From: an uncultured virus (IMG/VR IMGVR_UViG_3300021958_000026)
Taxonomy: Duplodnaviria; Heunggongvirae; Uroviricota; Caudoviricetes
Length of the DNA: 64,000 bases
Virus record (IMG/VR): IMGVR_UViG_3300021958_000026
Reading direction: 5' to 3' (one strand)
A program made the position numbers and the translations under genes. A model generated the notes under the pieces. It was not told the origin of the DNA. It was given only the letters and a program-made list of their open reading frames with translations, and did no database searches. Shown piece by piece: positions 47,105 through 56,925 of the stretch. Within the stretch, counting starts at the first letter, position 1. Each line of letters opens with the position of its first letter.

Positions 47105-48483
47105 TAAATTTTAAAATCTGAAAACTTTTCTCGTCCTCTGTCAAACACTGGAGTGTCATCATCTACTGCAGAATCAACCAACTCTTCTTGTGCTGTTTGT
47201 TCACAATCATAGAGTTTCATTCTACTTCTATCAATACCAATGACAAACCTCTTAAACACTGTAGGGTCATTGTATCTATTCTTTAACTGTTTGACTACTA
47301 ACTGGTCTAGTTCTTCTAGTTCATCAGATGTAATCAATGCAAACATTAAGTCTGCAGTTGCAGGTAGACCAAATGACTCTGAAGTGTCTTCAAGTCCAAT
47401 GTCAGTAGAACCATAACCACTTCTTGTTGTTTGGGTTGCAGACACTAGTGGTACATCAAATTCCACTGCGAGTCCACGTAACTCTTCTGCAATACTCTTC
47501 ACCAATGTGTAAGAGTTTGCACCTGAGCCTGGCCTGATTCTATGACTTGCACAAATGTTTAGATAATCGATAAAGATAATGTCAGGTTGAAAGTCTTTCT
47601 TGATATCCAACTCTTGCAACAAGTGTCTGAAGTGACCTACGTGTGCTGATGCAGTTGGATACTCTTTGACAATCAGTTTACCCTTTGTCTTATCTTTGAG
47701 TTTCTCAATCTTCTTGTCGTACATCTTCTTGTTCATGTCAGCAAGTTCTTTCATAGGAACATTCATGATGTTTGCATCAATACGTTCTGCAATACGTTCC
47801 TCTGACATTTCCATAGTAATGTACAGAACATTCTTGTTCATCATCAAACATGATGCAGCTTGATGACACATGAACAATGATTTACCAACACCAGTACCTG
47901 CAAGTACGATATTGAGTGTTTTGTTTGGTAGACCACCTTTGGTAATCTTGTTGAAGTATTCTAAGTCAAACGGAATCTTCTCTTCTTCAGTGTGATAGAA
48001 CTCAAATCGTGCATCGGCATCTTCTAAGACATCGTGACCGATATGGGTGTCAAAGGACACGGAAAGTGCATCCTTCAATAACTCAGGTATTTCACCAGTA
48101 GACCTTTGAGATTTTTTATCAAGGACGGTGATGGAGTCCATCACGGCAATATAGATTGCACGGTCTTTACACCACTGTTCTGTTTCAGTGGCTAACCACT
48201 CTTGTGGTGTATCATCCGTATCCTTTCTAATCTTATCAACAATAGATTTAGAGTTTTGAACAACATTATCACTAAGACTAGTGTTGTTGTCAAGGTTGAT
48301 GAGAAGTGCTTCTACTGTTGGATTTTTAGTGTACTTGTCGAAGTAAGTTTTTACTTCTTCAAATATAACCTTCTCTTCAGGGTCTGTGAAATATTCTGAC
48401 TTAATGAATGGAATACACTTCCGTGTAAACTGCTCACTCTGTATCAGATTCTTCAGTATTGTCTGTTCCAGTCTTGCTTCCAT
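47104..48483 (-). CDS. 41: Replicative DNA helicase (gp41)
   Basis: [36 protein letters not shown]. Confidence 0.97.
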   Translation of the reverse strand: MEARLEQTILKNLIQSEQFTRKCIPFIKSEYFTDPEEKVIFEEVKTYFDKYTKNPTVEALLINLDNNTSLSDNVVQNSKSIVDKIRKDTDDTPQEWLATETEQWCKDRAIYIAVMDSITVLDKKSQRSTGEIPELLKDALSVSFDTHIGHDVLEDADARFEFYHTEEEKIPFDLEYFNKITKGGLPNKTLNIVLAGTGVGKSLFMCHQAASCLMMNKNVLYITMEMSEERIAERIDANIMNVPMKELADMNKKMYDKKIEKLKDKTKGKLIVKEYPTASAHVGHFRHLLQELDIKKDFQPDIIFIDYLNICASHRIRPGSGANSYTLVKSIAEELRGLAVEFDVPLVSATQTTRSGYGSTDIGLEDTSESFGLPATADLMFALITSDELEELDQLVVKQLKNRYNDPTVFKRFVIGIDRSRMKLYDCEQTAQEELVDSAVDDDTPVFDRGREKFSDFKI

Positions 48484-49486
48484 ATTTAAAATAATCTTGT
48501 ACCACCGTTTCTAATTGTTTCATTACATCTTCTGTAAAGTATTTCTCAGGGTTGTTGTTAATAGTTTTTCCGAATTCGGTTTTACCATTAGGCAACTCTA
48601 CCCTAGTAGATGACTTCTTAAAGACACCAAATGCAAGTGCAAGGTCTAATAGACCATAATACCTGTCGAGTCCTTTGTCGTATGTCAGTCTGACATCTAC
48701 AACTCTGTTCTCAACTGTAAGTCTTGATTTTGCATTCTTACAGTGTACTATATTTCCGATAACTTCGGTACCCTCTTTTTCTTTTTTCTTGGACAAATAG
48801 ACAATAGATGAAGCTGCATACTTCAATCCACTACCACCACCCATTTCTTTCTGAGGGAACATGGAACCAATCACATCATAAGTGTGGTTGGTAACAATCA
48901 TTGGAACCTTTGCACGTCCTAGTTTAAGAGTAAGAACTCTGAATGCACCTTTTACTACTTGGGCACGTGTCATATCTCTTGTCTCTTTACCATCTGCAGT
49001 GTCCTCAATCTCTTTGGTTGTAGATAACATACCAAGTGAATCAAGAACAAACATCATTGGTGGACGCTTGTCTTCAGGGGTTTCAAGATATTTGTCAAGA
49101 ATGTTAATGGACTGAGTCCTAAATTCTTGTACGGTTACTACTGGTACGATGACGAATCTACTTGAGTCGACTCCTCTCTCTTCAATCATATCTTTAGTGA
49201 TTGCAGATTCAGATTCGAAATAGATTACGGCTGCATCAGGATGGTCTTCTAAGAATTGTTTACACATTCCTAGTGCAAAGAACGTTTTACCTGTTGCAGA
49301 TTCACCTGCGATTGCAGTAATTTTGTTTGAAGGAAGTCCACCGTATAGTGAACCACTTAATAATGCATTGAAGATGAAAGACCCACTGTCAATAAACGAG
49401 TCTACATCACCAGCTGCAACACCATCAGCAACGACACTAGCGTATTCGTTACCACTGGATTTTACTAAGTCTTTAATAAATGACAT
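48434..49486 (-). CDS. uvsX: RecA-like recombinase UvsX
   Basis: [33 protein letters not shown]. Confidence 0.95.
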   Translation of the reverse strand: MSFIKDLVKSSGNEYASVVADGVAAGDVDSFIDSGSFIFNALLSGSLYGGLPSNKITAIAGESATGKTFFALGMCKQFLEDHPDAAVIYFESESAITKDMIEERGVDSSRFVIVPVVTVQEFRTQSINILDKYLETPEDKRPPMMFVLDSLGMLSTTKEIEDTADGKETRDMTRAQVVKGAFRVLTLKLGRAKVPMIVTNHTYDVIGSMFPQKEMGGGSGLKYAASSIVYLSKKKEKEGTEVIGNIVHCKNAKSRLTVENRVVDVRLTYDKGLDRYYGLLDLALAFGVFKKSSTRVELPNGKTEFGKTINNNPEKYFTEDVMKQLETVVQDYFKYGSKTGTDNTEESDTE

Positions 49487-49530
49487 AATATACACCTCTC
49501 ATAATGTTAATACCATTATAGGATATGTAC

Positions 49531-49710
49531 TTACTTTTGTATAGGGGTTTTTTGAAATTCTTTTGATAATTCACAAAGTTTATCATCAAACCTTGTGTGT
49601 TCTTGCATCATTGCTGTGAGCATACGAACTTGGGTTTCTAAATGAATGATGAACCCAAAATTGATGAGTACCATGATAATAAAGAAACAATCTAGAGCAT
49701 CAAGTGTCAT
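49531..49710 (-). CDS. Small membrane protein (not in ORF track)
   Basis: MTLDALDCFFIIMVLINFGFIIHL...PIQK*; ATGA overlap. Confidence 0.55.
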   Translation of the reverse strand: MTLDALDCFFIIMVLINFGFIIHLETQVRMLTAMMQEHTRFDDKLCELSKEFQKTPIQK

Positions 49711-50144
49711 TCTACAAGTCCTTTCTCAATCAAGATTTTTCTGTTTTCTAAATGTAGAGATTCAACTAAATCTTTGTTCTCTCCACTGTACTCTACTGCA
49801 TGATGGTCATCAATCATCTGTTGATTGACATTTATTTCTGTTCCAAAAACAGGATGACCTTCATTAAAATGGATATAGATTTCACCTAGGATTCTTCCGA
49901 ACTTTCCTTTGTCGTGTGAAATAAGAGAGATACGTTCTGCACTCTCTAAAAGTTTCTTTAAGTGTCTCTTGGATGCCTTTCCGAATTTCTTTTCTTCAAG
50001 GTCTCTTGTTCTTGACTCAGGAGTATCGATACCCATAAGTCTGACCCTTTGTTTTTTATAGGTCATTCCAAATCCAAGATCGATGTCGACATCAATTGTG
50101 TCTCCGTCAACCACTTTTACTACTGATACATTATATTGATACAT
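49707..50144 (-). CDS. Thermonuclease (SNase-like)
   Basis: VVDGDT, RVRLMGIDTPES, GKFGRILG. Confidence 0.9.
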   Translation of the reverse strand: MYQYNVSVVKVVDGDTIDVDIDLGFGMTYKKQRVRLMGIDTPESRTRDLEEKKFGKASKRHLKKLLESAERISLISHDKGKFGRILGEIYIHFNEGHPVFGTEINVNQQMIDDHHAVEYSGENKDLVESLHLENRKILIEKGLVE

Positions 50145-50161
50145 AATCCTTTATTTATAAG

Positions 50162-50185
50162 AAAGGGGAACTTCAGTTCCCCTTT
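50162..50185 (-). terminator. Rho-independent terminator hairpin
   Basis: AAAGGGGAAC-TGAA-GTTCCCCTTT. Confidence 0.75.
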
Positions 50186-50264
50186 ACAGTTCTACATTTC
50201 TGTGGGAACTCTGAACAATAGAGCATCATTGCCTCAAGCAACATTGCTGTTGGAATGATATCCT

Positions 50265-50540
50265 CTACTTTTTTTCAGGTTGCTCATTCTGTAGTTCGTC
50301 TGTCTGTCTGTCGACTTCTTCAGCAACGTTATCAACGATACCTGTTGCTGTATCAACAGCAAGTGTTCCGACTGATACTACATCATTAGCAACTGCCTTG
50401 GTGATTGTTGCAGTTCCTTTGACTGCTCCATCAACAACGCCAGTTGTAAACTCTTTACCACCTTCAATAACTGCTCCAACTGAGGCACATGAAGGAAGTA
50501 ATACCACAGAAAATAGTAACATATACATTACTATTCTCAT
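50265..50540 (-). CDS. Small lipoprotein; candidate -1 frameshift extends it to 50173
   Basis: Lipobox LPSC, amphipathic G/V/A/T repeats; ends GAA AAA AAG TAG. Confidence 0.75.
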   Translation of the reverse strand: MRIVMYMLLFSVVLLPSCASVGAVIEGGKEFTTGVVDGAVKGTATITKAVANDVVSVGTLAVDTATGIVDNVAEEVDRQTDELQNEQPEKK

Positions 50541-50598
50541 AATTACTCCAATATTGGTGTATTTCGTTAGACTGCCAACTGCAAATCTAACCCCTCAT

Positions 50599-50838
50599 TT
50601 ATTTATGTAAGGTGATAACCTGTGGATTATGATGTTCGTAATCATAAAATTTCATAGTCTCTTCTATTTGCATTCTGAAATGTCCATATGCTATAATAAG
50701 TGACATACAAACAAATACTGCAAATGAATATATTACGATATTAAACATTGCAATAGGGAATAGATAGAAGAGTGCAAGTATATGAGCAACCAACACACTG
50801 TACACATAAAACTTGATACTAATCAGTAGATGCCACAT
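50599..50838 (-). CDS. Membrane protein
   Basis: Two hydrophobic segments. Confidence 0.55.
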   Translation of the reverse strand: MWHLLISIKFYVYSVLVAHILALFYLFPIAMFNIVIYSFAVFVCMSLIIAYGHFRMQIEETMKFYDYEHHNPQVITLHK

Positions 50839-50992
50839 CTTTATCTAAAAGTAAATCTTTGAAGTCATTTGAATGCCAATAACTGTCTAGTGTAATATCC
50901 ACTACCAGTGCAATCAAAACGAATGTTAAAATTATTCCGAGATATAAGTTGATGAAAGCATTAATTTTCATCCATCGTATCATGTGTTTCAT
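50819..50992 (-). CDS. Small membrane protein (not in ORF track)
   Basis: MKHMIRWMKINAFINLYLGIILTFVLIALVVD...STD*. Confidence 0.55.
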   Translation of the reverse strand: MKHMIRWMKINAFINLYLGIILTFVLIALVVDITLDSYWHSNDFKDLLLDKDVASTD

Positions 50993-51219
50993 TTTCTATT
51001 CCTTATAAATTCTAATTCTTGTTGCCAATTTTTCTTATTCTGTTCTGCCTCGCCACTTCCTCTTTGGGCTAATATAACTCTACCCCCATCCATATCAACA
51101 CGAATACTGTCGGTGGTAATAACCTCACCATGTCGTCCAATGAATACTCCTGTTAGTTCTCCCTTTGTATCTTCAGGATGAAGATTGTTTATTAGTTCTA
51201 TAAGTTCTTCTTTTGTCAT
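50989..51219 (-). CDS. Hypothetical protein
   Basis: ATGA overlap with the polymerase stop codon. Confidence 0.65.
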   Translation of the reverse strand: MTKEELIELINNLHPEDTKGELTGVFIGRHGEVITTDSIRVDMDGGRVILAQRGSGEAEQNKKNWQQELEFIRNRK

Positions 51220-53732
51220 GCGAAAAATGAATCAAGTGATGCAACTGGTTCTACGTTCCAGTTAATCAAGTTAACAATTGCTTTCAGTGGTTCTACGAAT
51301 GCTTTATCAAATTGCATATCATAATCTACAAATCTGTGTAGGTCAAACTCACGTGGTAGTGTTCCTGTGAATGAAATGACATTCTCATTGATTGGATTAG
51401 GTACAGTCAGATAAGTAAACATAATTTTTTCTCCGTTCTTAATCTTTTCATACCTCATGTCGATGTTCTTTTTTTCCAAGTAATGATTGTAAAGCAGTGA
51501 CCCTCTTACGTGAATGGGTGTACCCTTAGTGTAAATAGTCGTAGAGTCTTTGTATTGTTGTAGGTTGTTGCAACTACGAGGTGATGAAATATCCTCTACA
51601 GGAAGATTTCTAAAATCCTTACGTGCAGTTTCTACGAACTCCCACAGTTCTTGTTCAGTTCCAGTCATAACAACCTTTAAAGCATCTGTTAGTTTTGTTC
51701 TGACCCATTGAGGTGTAGAAGACTTTGCAGTTTCGATACCCATCATTTTGAGTTTAGGTTCTGCAAGTCTAACACCTTCGTTGTCATGTACGTTCAGTAT
51801 GTACCGTTTCTTTGCAGTCCAAATACCTCTGTCTGCAATTACCTCACGACCCATTTCCATCTTCTGTTGGAATGCATTAGTGTAATCTTTAAGTTCATCA
51901 AAACCCTTTGCAAGGACGTTTTCAATCTGTGTTTCTGCCTTGGACAAAAAGTCGATAACCTTTTCCTTTGGAGTGTCCTCAGGGAACACTTGTTTGACCA
52001 TATCGTCCATAGTGATATACACTGAGTCAGTATCGATTGCAATCACAAAGTCTTTATTGTCTGTCTTTAACACTTCGTTCAGATACTTATTGATGGTCTT
52101 CTCTGCCCATTGGATAACCAACTGACCACTTAGTGTAATTGCCTCTGCAAGGTTTATATCAAAGAATGCAAAGTACTGATTTGCAAGAGCACCATAAGCA
52201 GAGTTGAGTGCAATCTTACGAACCTGTTGATTGTTGTATGCACGTTTGATAAGTGTATCAAGTTCTTTCTTACGTTTAGAGTCTTTACAAACTTCACGTT
52301 CTTTCTGATACTCAATCATCTTACGTTTCCATGCCTTACGTTCTTCGTAGAACTTCTCCATGAGTTCAGGAAGGAAACCTTGTTTGTCTCTCTTGAACAT
52401 GACACCGTTAGGTGTGACACTTAAGTCTTTCTGTTTGATGTAAGATAAGTCACACTGTTGATTCAACATTCGTTGTACGTTGACATCTTGACGATTACCC
52501 CTCACCATCTTCTCAGGTGAAATGTTAAACTGCATAATCAAGTGAGGATACAGTGAGTTCAAGTCAAAAGACATGACCCAATTGTGTCCACCAACCAATG
52601 GTTCTTTGACATATGCACCTTGGATAGCATGTGTCTTATCGTTACCAGTCTTCAGTCTTTGTGGTGGTGTTTGAATGTTCTGTTCTTTAAGGAAGTTATA
52701 GATGATGGTTTCCCAATACTTCACCATTCCAAACACATCTGCATAGTTACACTTTGCATTGTATGCCATGGTCTGAGTCAGTTCAATGAACCCAAGTTTC
52801 TCATCCAGTTCTTCAACAAGTGTAACGTCTTTGAGGTTATACTCTAAGAACTTTGCATAGTCCTGTTTGTAAAGTGTATGCAGTGACCCATACTCTGAGT
52901 AATCAATCTTACCTTTACCCAATTCAACCTGTGCAATGGATTCTAGTTTGTAAGATGGTTGATTGACGAAGGTATGTTTACGATAGAGTTCAAGATAGTC
53001 AAGCACGTTTACACCGTAAAGTGTGTACTTCATATTCTTCTGATAACCATAGGATGTAAACTCTCTGACATCAGACATGTTCCATGGTGAGAGTTTCTTG
53101 TGTTCACCTTCACCGAATAGTTTATCGATACGATTACAAAGATAGGTAATATCAAATGTATCTACATTCCAACCAGTGATGACATCAAAGTTGGACTTTC
53201 TCCAATACTTCATAAACTCAGTCAGTAGGAATGCTTCGTTCTTACAGTTGTGATAAACTATATCAGTTCGATTGTGTTCCCATGGGCCAATACCAAACAC
53301 TTGTGCATCTTTACCAAATGGTTTGATGGTGATTGCATTTACTTTTTCGTTTGCAAAGATTGGGTCAGGGAATCCATCTTCACACTCACACTCAATATCA
53401 AGTGTTGCAACTGACACTAGATTAGTATCGTAGTTGATATCGCCTTGGAATTTATCTGCAATGTAAGTGTAGATGTATCTGTCGTATCCGTGGATTTCAA
53501 ATCCTTCAACCCCTGAATACTTCTCTCTGAACTTTCTTGCACCACCCATTGAGTTAAGTTCAACAACTTCAAGAGCTCTACCGTCCAATGAACGATAAGC
53601 AGTCTCCCCTCTTTTGGATGGAATGTAATGTTTAGGACGATAGTCAATGGTAACCTTTTTCTTTTGGTTACCTTGATATCCTATCGCAAGAATTTTGTCT
53701 CGTGTACGAGTGACGTTAGTGTAGAAATCCAT
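51216..53732 (-). CDS. 43: DNA polymerase family B (gp43)
   Basis: Exonuclease DIE, GWN..FD, YN..D; polymerase SFDLNSLYP, KIALNSAYG, DTDS, KKRY. Confidence 0.98.
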   Translation of the reverse strand: MDFYTNVTRTRDKILAIGYQGNQKKKVTIDYRPKHYIPSKRGETAYRSLDGRALEVVELNSMGGARKFREKYSGVEGFEIHGYDRYIYTYIADKFQGDINYDTNLVSVATLDIECECEDGFPDPIFANEKVNAITIKPFGKDAQVFGIGPWEHNRTDIVYHNCKNEAFLLTEFMKYWRKSNFDVITGWNVDTFDITYLCNRIDKLFGEGEHKKLSPWNMSDVREFTSYGYQKNMKYTLYGVNVLDYLELYRKHTFVNQPSYKLESIAQVELGKGKIDYSEYGSLHTLYKQDYAKFLEYNLKDVTLVEELDEKLGFIELTQTMAYNAKCNYADVFGMVKYWETIIYNFLKEQNIQTPPQRLKTGNDKTHAIQGAYVKEPLVGGHNWVMSFDLNSLYPHLIMQFNISPEKMVRGNRQDVNVQRMLNQQCDLSYIKQKDLSVTPNGVMFKRDKQGFLPELMEKFYEERKAWKRKMIEYQKEREVCKDSKRKKELDTLIKRAYNNQQVRKIALNSAYGALANQYFAFFDINLAEAITLSGQLVIQWAEKTINKYLNEVLKTDNKDFVIAIDTDSVYITMDDMVKQVFPEDTPKEKVIDFLSKAETQIENVLAKGFDELKDYTNAFQQKMEMGREVIADRGIWTAKKRYILNVHDNEGVRLAEPKLKMMGIETAKSSTPQWVRTKLTDALKVVMTGTEQELWEFVETARKDFRNLPVEDISSPRSCNNLQQYKDSTTIYTKGTPIHVRGSLLYNHYLEKKNIDMRYEKIKNGEKIMFTYLTVPNPINENVISFTGTLPREFDLHRFVDYDMQFDKAFVEPLKAIVNLINWNVEPVASLDSFFA

Positions 53733-53752
53733 ACTGTAAGTATACTACAGTA

Positions 53753-53989
53753 CTAGGATTCTGTCAATGTGGTTATACCTTTTTTATTGTTTAAAATGTC
53801 ATATACTGCATCATACTTATCTTTTGAACTAGCAAGTTTTTCTATTTGTATATCTAACGCTTGTGCAATATCAGAATGGTCTCCAATACCTGCAGGGTGG
53901 TTTTGATAAACTTCGATGTTTGCCATTGCGACATCCATCTCACCTTGATACTGACTCATCAGTGCTTTTAACATTGTTTCTCTTCCCAT
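53753..53989 (-). CDS. Conserved hypothetical protein
   Basis: ANIEVY..HPAGIGDHSDI motif, typical upstream of gp43. Confidence 0.7.
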   Translation of the reverse strand: MGRETMLKALMSQYQGEMDVAMANIEVYQNHPAGIGDHSDIAQALDIQIEKLASSKDKYDAVYDILNNKKGITTLTES

Positions 53990-54264
53990 TATCTACCTCG
54001 TTGGTTTCCAGTTGATACTTTATAGTTTGTTTCCAACTGTGGTTTCACTTCAAAGACATTCATAACCATGTCTCTTTTAAAAGTGAAATTATATTCTTTT
54101 GCAAATGGAACGTAATCTGCAAGATTAACTTCCATTCTCCCTTCAGTGACGTTTACTAGACATTGTTTGACATCTTCTAGTTTATGGTCACCGTTCCACT
54201 TTTGAGTGTGGAAACCTATAACAACTTCACCAGTTGTTAATCGTAATGCTTTAATATTAGACAT
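53989..54264 (-). CDS. Small Sm-like conserved protein
   Basis: IKALRLTTGEVVIG N-terminus. Confidence 0.65.
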   Translation of the reverse strand: MSNIKALRLTTGEVVIGFHTQKWNGDHKLEDVKQCLVNVTEGRMEVNLADYVPFAKEYNFTFKRDMVMNVFEVKPQLETNYKVSTGNQRGR

Positions 54265-54700
54265 TCTCTAATCTCGACATAAGTCTCTCTGCACGGTTAG
54301 TAACTTGTCTGTACCATTTACTATCACGTCCTTCAACTCCTGCCTTTTTCCAGTCTCCTTCTTCTAGTGCTTTTCTGAAGTTTTTAAATCCACCTAGTCT
54401 TGTACGTCCCATGTTGAACATCATATTAACCAAGACCTGCTGGACTTCGTCTGGCCAACTAGTAAACCCTTCTCCGTATAATGCAACACATTCGGAGATT
54501 GCTGTGTCGAGGTCTCTTTCGAAACACTCCTTAACTCTTTCTTCATTGACTGGAGTTCCAACTGGTTGTCCATGTTCCTCGTCACTTTCGAGGACAAGGT
54601 GACCAACTCCAAATGTTGGGTAACCGAGGTGGTCAAGGTAGATTTCATTTACTACTCCCTCATCTATTTTAAGTTGTTCGAATACTGCTTCTCTGTTCAT
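54257..54700 (-). CDS. T4-type lysozyme (GH24)
   Basis: LKIDEG..Y.DHLGYPTFGVGHL, NMMFNMG, DSKWYRQVTNRA; start corrected to MNREAV. Confidence 0.9.
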   Translation of the reverse strand: MNREAVFEQLKIDEGVVNEIYLDHLGYPTFGVGHLVLESDEEHGQPVGTPVNEERVKECFERDLDTAISECVALYGEGFTSWPDEVQQVLVNMMFNMGRTRLGGFKNFRKALEEGDWKKAGVEGRDSKWYRQVTNRAERLMSRLENV

Positions 54701-54701
54701 G

Positions 54702-54839
54702 TTAACTTCCTTGTCGTAAATCGATTTGTTCTTGGATTTTAGACGCTTTATCTTCTTCTGAAGAATACTCAATAATCGTCCATTCGGAAAATTCTTCCCC
54801 ATCAATCGTCCATGTTATCTGCACTTGTTCCTGCATCAT
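54702..54839 (-). CDS. Small acidic protein, 45 aa (not in ORF track)
   Basis: GGAG RBS; MMQEQVQITWTIDGEEFSEWTIIEY...QGS*. Confidence 0.55.
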   Translation of the reverse strand: MMQEQVQITWTIDGEEFSEWTIIEYSSEEDKASKIQEQIDLRQGS

Positions 54840-55113
54840 CTTTCTCCACTTGATGTTGTATGAGTTCCACTAAAATGTCACCCATAAGTTTTTGTAAGTT
54901 TGCATCTTTATTTAGTTCATCTATGTCTGCACTTTCTGGCGCTTTAACAATGTTTCGTTGAAAATTTAAATGTTGTTTACCTTCAACAAATTGAACTTTA
55001 CCATATACAAAAATGACACCCTCGTAGGGTGCCTGTGTGATTTCTATTCCTGTCATGTTGAGTTTATCATTGTCGACAACTCTGTACACTCCAGTGTCAA
55101 ATAATTCGGTCAT
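54802..55113 (-). CDS. Conserved hypothetical protein
   Basis: GIEIT..PYEGVIFVYGKV...MGDILVELI. Confidence 0.7.
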   Translation of the reverse strand: MTELFDTGVYRVVDNDKLNMTGIEITQAPYEGVIFVYGKVQFVEGKQHLNFQRNIVKAPESADIDELNKDANLQKLMGDILVELIQHQVEKDDAGTSADNMDD

Positions 55114-56450
55114 AGGATTTCTCTCCAAATATAAGTAGGTTCAGATGTGGTAGAGTCAAATATGTTTGGGTGTGACATTAAAGCACTTCTGTAAGGAGTC
55201 CATTTAATTCCTCTACCCCATCCCATATGTCCAAAAAGTTCTGATTTGGTTATAGAACCATGTGTTTTTACAATTTCAATAAGTTCTTCTAGTTTTTCAG
55301 TTTCACTCATTCTATGAGTGTCGTCAACAATAATTTCAATATCTTCAATCATCTTTTCCATTTCATTCTTATATAATAGATTGTCCTTTAACCATTGTTG
55401 ACCTATTCGTGAACGTTCATTTCTATGTTGTCCATCATCCAAGTGTTTGTTGAGTAGTGTTAAGGCGTCTTCATCTGTTGTAAAAAATTCTGCATTACCC
55501 TGTAGTTCATGGTAATAAGCACCATCATAAAAAATATAAGGGCACCCATTCATCAAACCATCAGTTGCAGCTACACTCCAACCACCATACTTTTGTTGTG
55601 GTGCAAATCCAACCAAACAATTTCTAAGTTTGTTATAGTATCCTCTTTTGTCAAACTTTTCATTTGTCATGTACTCACGTGGTACATCACCTTCAAACAA
55701 AGGTATCCACACTTTAAAGTCTTGTCTTTGTGTATATAGTTTATCCATCAATGAGACAAAATGGTCAAAGTGTTTGTATGCTTCACATCTATGATTGAAT
55801 ACAATAACCCTGTCAGGTGAGTCATTTGGTTCTACAATCTCCTCTTCTCTAACACCTAGATGCTGTACTTGTAGTATCTTATCCAAATCAGTTATTGTAG
55901 ACTCATTAAACCTTTGTTTTGCTTGTTCTAGTACCATCCTCTTTTGTTCTTGTGTGTTGATGTAACACTTCTCGTATTCTAAGAGACCAAGCATATTCTG
56001 ATTAAATGCGCCCTTAAACCATGCAACAATATGGTCAAAGTCAAACCAATGAGAATACCCCATAACCTTAGGTGTATGATGTGTTAGATTATACATTGTG
56101 TTAACTAGTTGATGTGTATGTTCAGGTAAATGCGACATCACGATATCAAAATCTTTATCATGACTAAGCAAAGTTTTCATGTGCATTACATCAAAATGAC
56201 TTCTCATTGCAGGAGGATAAGTCGGTAAAGATGCAAACATTTGTTCTGTGTTGTCGAAGGTCAACCCATCAATATACTCAGGAGAAATAATATGCCAAAA
56301 GAAATTATGTCCTTGTGTTTCACGAATCATATTCTTTAACACTTGAACGTAAGAATCTTTTTCCAAATCTTTCTGCCATGTGATGTTAGGATACACTAAA
56401 ATCCTAATTGTTTTTGCAATCTCTTGGTCTGTATAAAATTTATCTAGCAT
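55110..56450 (-). CDS. GT-B glycosyltransferase-like protein with C-terminal wHTH-like extension
   Basis: DFDIVMSH, VFNHR...K, WSVAATDGLMNGCPYI; C-terminal GSITKSELFGHMGW. Confidence 0.65.
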   Translation of the reverse strand: MLDKFYTDQEIAKTIRILVYPNITWQKDLEKDSYVQVLKNMIRETQGHNFFWHIISPEYIDGLTFDNTEQMFASLPTYPPAMRSHFDVMHMKTLLSHDKDFDIVMSHLPEHTHQLVNTMYNLTHHTPKVMGYSHWFDFDHIVAWFKGAFNQNMLGLLEYEKCYINTQEQKRMVLEQAKQRFNESTITDLDKILQVQHLGVREEEIVEPNDSPDRVIVFNHRCEAYKHFDHFVSLMDKLYTQRQDFKVWIPLFEGDVPREYMTNEKFDKRGYYNKLRNCLVGFAPQQKYGGWSVAATDGLMNGCPYIFYDGAYYHELQGNAEFFTTDEDALTLLNKHLDDGQHRNERSRIGQQWLKDNLLYKNEMEKMIEDIEIIVDDTHRMSETEKLEELIEIVKTHGSITKSELFGHMGWGRGIKWTPYRSALMSHPNIFDSTTSEPTYIWREIL

Positions 56451-56457
56451 AATAAAA

Positions 56458-56532
56458 TGGAGCGGATAGTGAGAATCGAACTCACATTCCCTGTTTGGTA
56501 AACAGGAGTAATAACCGTTATACTATATCCGC
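56458..56532 (-). tRNA. tRNA-Gly(ACC)
   Basis: GCGGATA TA GTATAACGGTTATTAC T CCTGT TT ACC AA ACAGG GAAT GTGAG TTCGATT CTCAC TATCCGC T CCA. Confidence 0.92.
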
Positions 56533-56925
56533 TTATAACTTAATTCTATCCCTCAACGATGATGTTGAAAATGAATGTTTTCTGTTAGTGTAGAACACTT
56601 TAATCGGTAGTTCCTCACCTGTGAAGTGTTTGTCTTTATAGTCTTCACCTACAAATCTAACATCTATAGGTGTCGACTCAAGCAAGTCTAATAGACTTTG
56701 TTCAGTGTCATATGGTATCACTTCGTCTACATATTTCACTGCATTTAATTGTACAAATCTCTCGTAGACAGATTGTACTGGTTGATTCTTTTCTTGTCTG
56801 TCGATAGATGGGTCTGTCTGTAATCCTACAATAAGATGGTCACAGTTTTCTTTTGCCTGTTTTAACATAACCACATGACCTGCATGTAAGAGGTCAAATG
56901 CACCACATGTAAATCCTATTGTCAT
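56533..56925 (-). CDS. Glycerol-3-phosphate cytidylyltransferase (TagD-like)
   Basis: GAFDLLHAGH, LIVGLQTD, ER...VKYVDEV, STSSLR; start corrected to MTIGF. Confidence 0.85.
   Translation of the reverse strand: MTIGFTCGAFDLLHAGHVVMLKQAKENCDHLIVGLQTDPSIDRQEKNQPVQSVYERFVQLNAVKYVDEVIPYDTEQSLLDLLESTPIDVRFVGEDYKDKHFTGEELPIKVFYTNRKHSFSTSSLRDRIKL

Noticed and set aside
50545..50600. Hairpin followed by GAAA resembling a hammerhead ribozyme
   Set aside because: The CUGAnGA core is absent; better explained as the 5' UTR hairpin of the lipoprotein gene
54701..54805. Basic N-terminal extension on the lysozyme (possible SAR or signal sequence)
   Set aside because: The region is better explained by a separate 45-aa ORF in another frame; the lysozyme most likely starts at 54700
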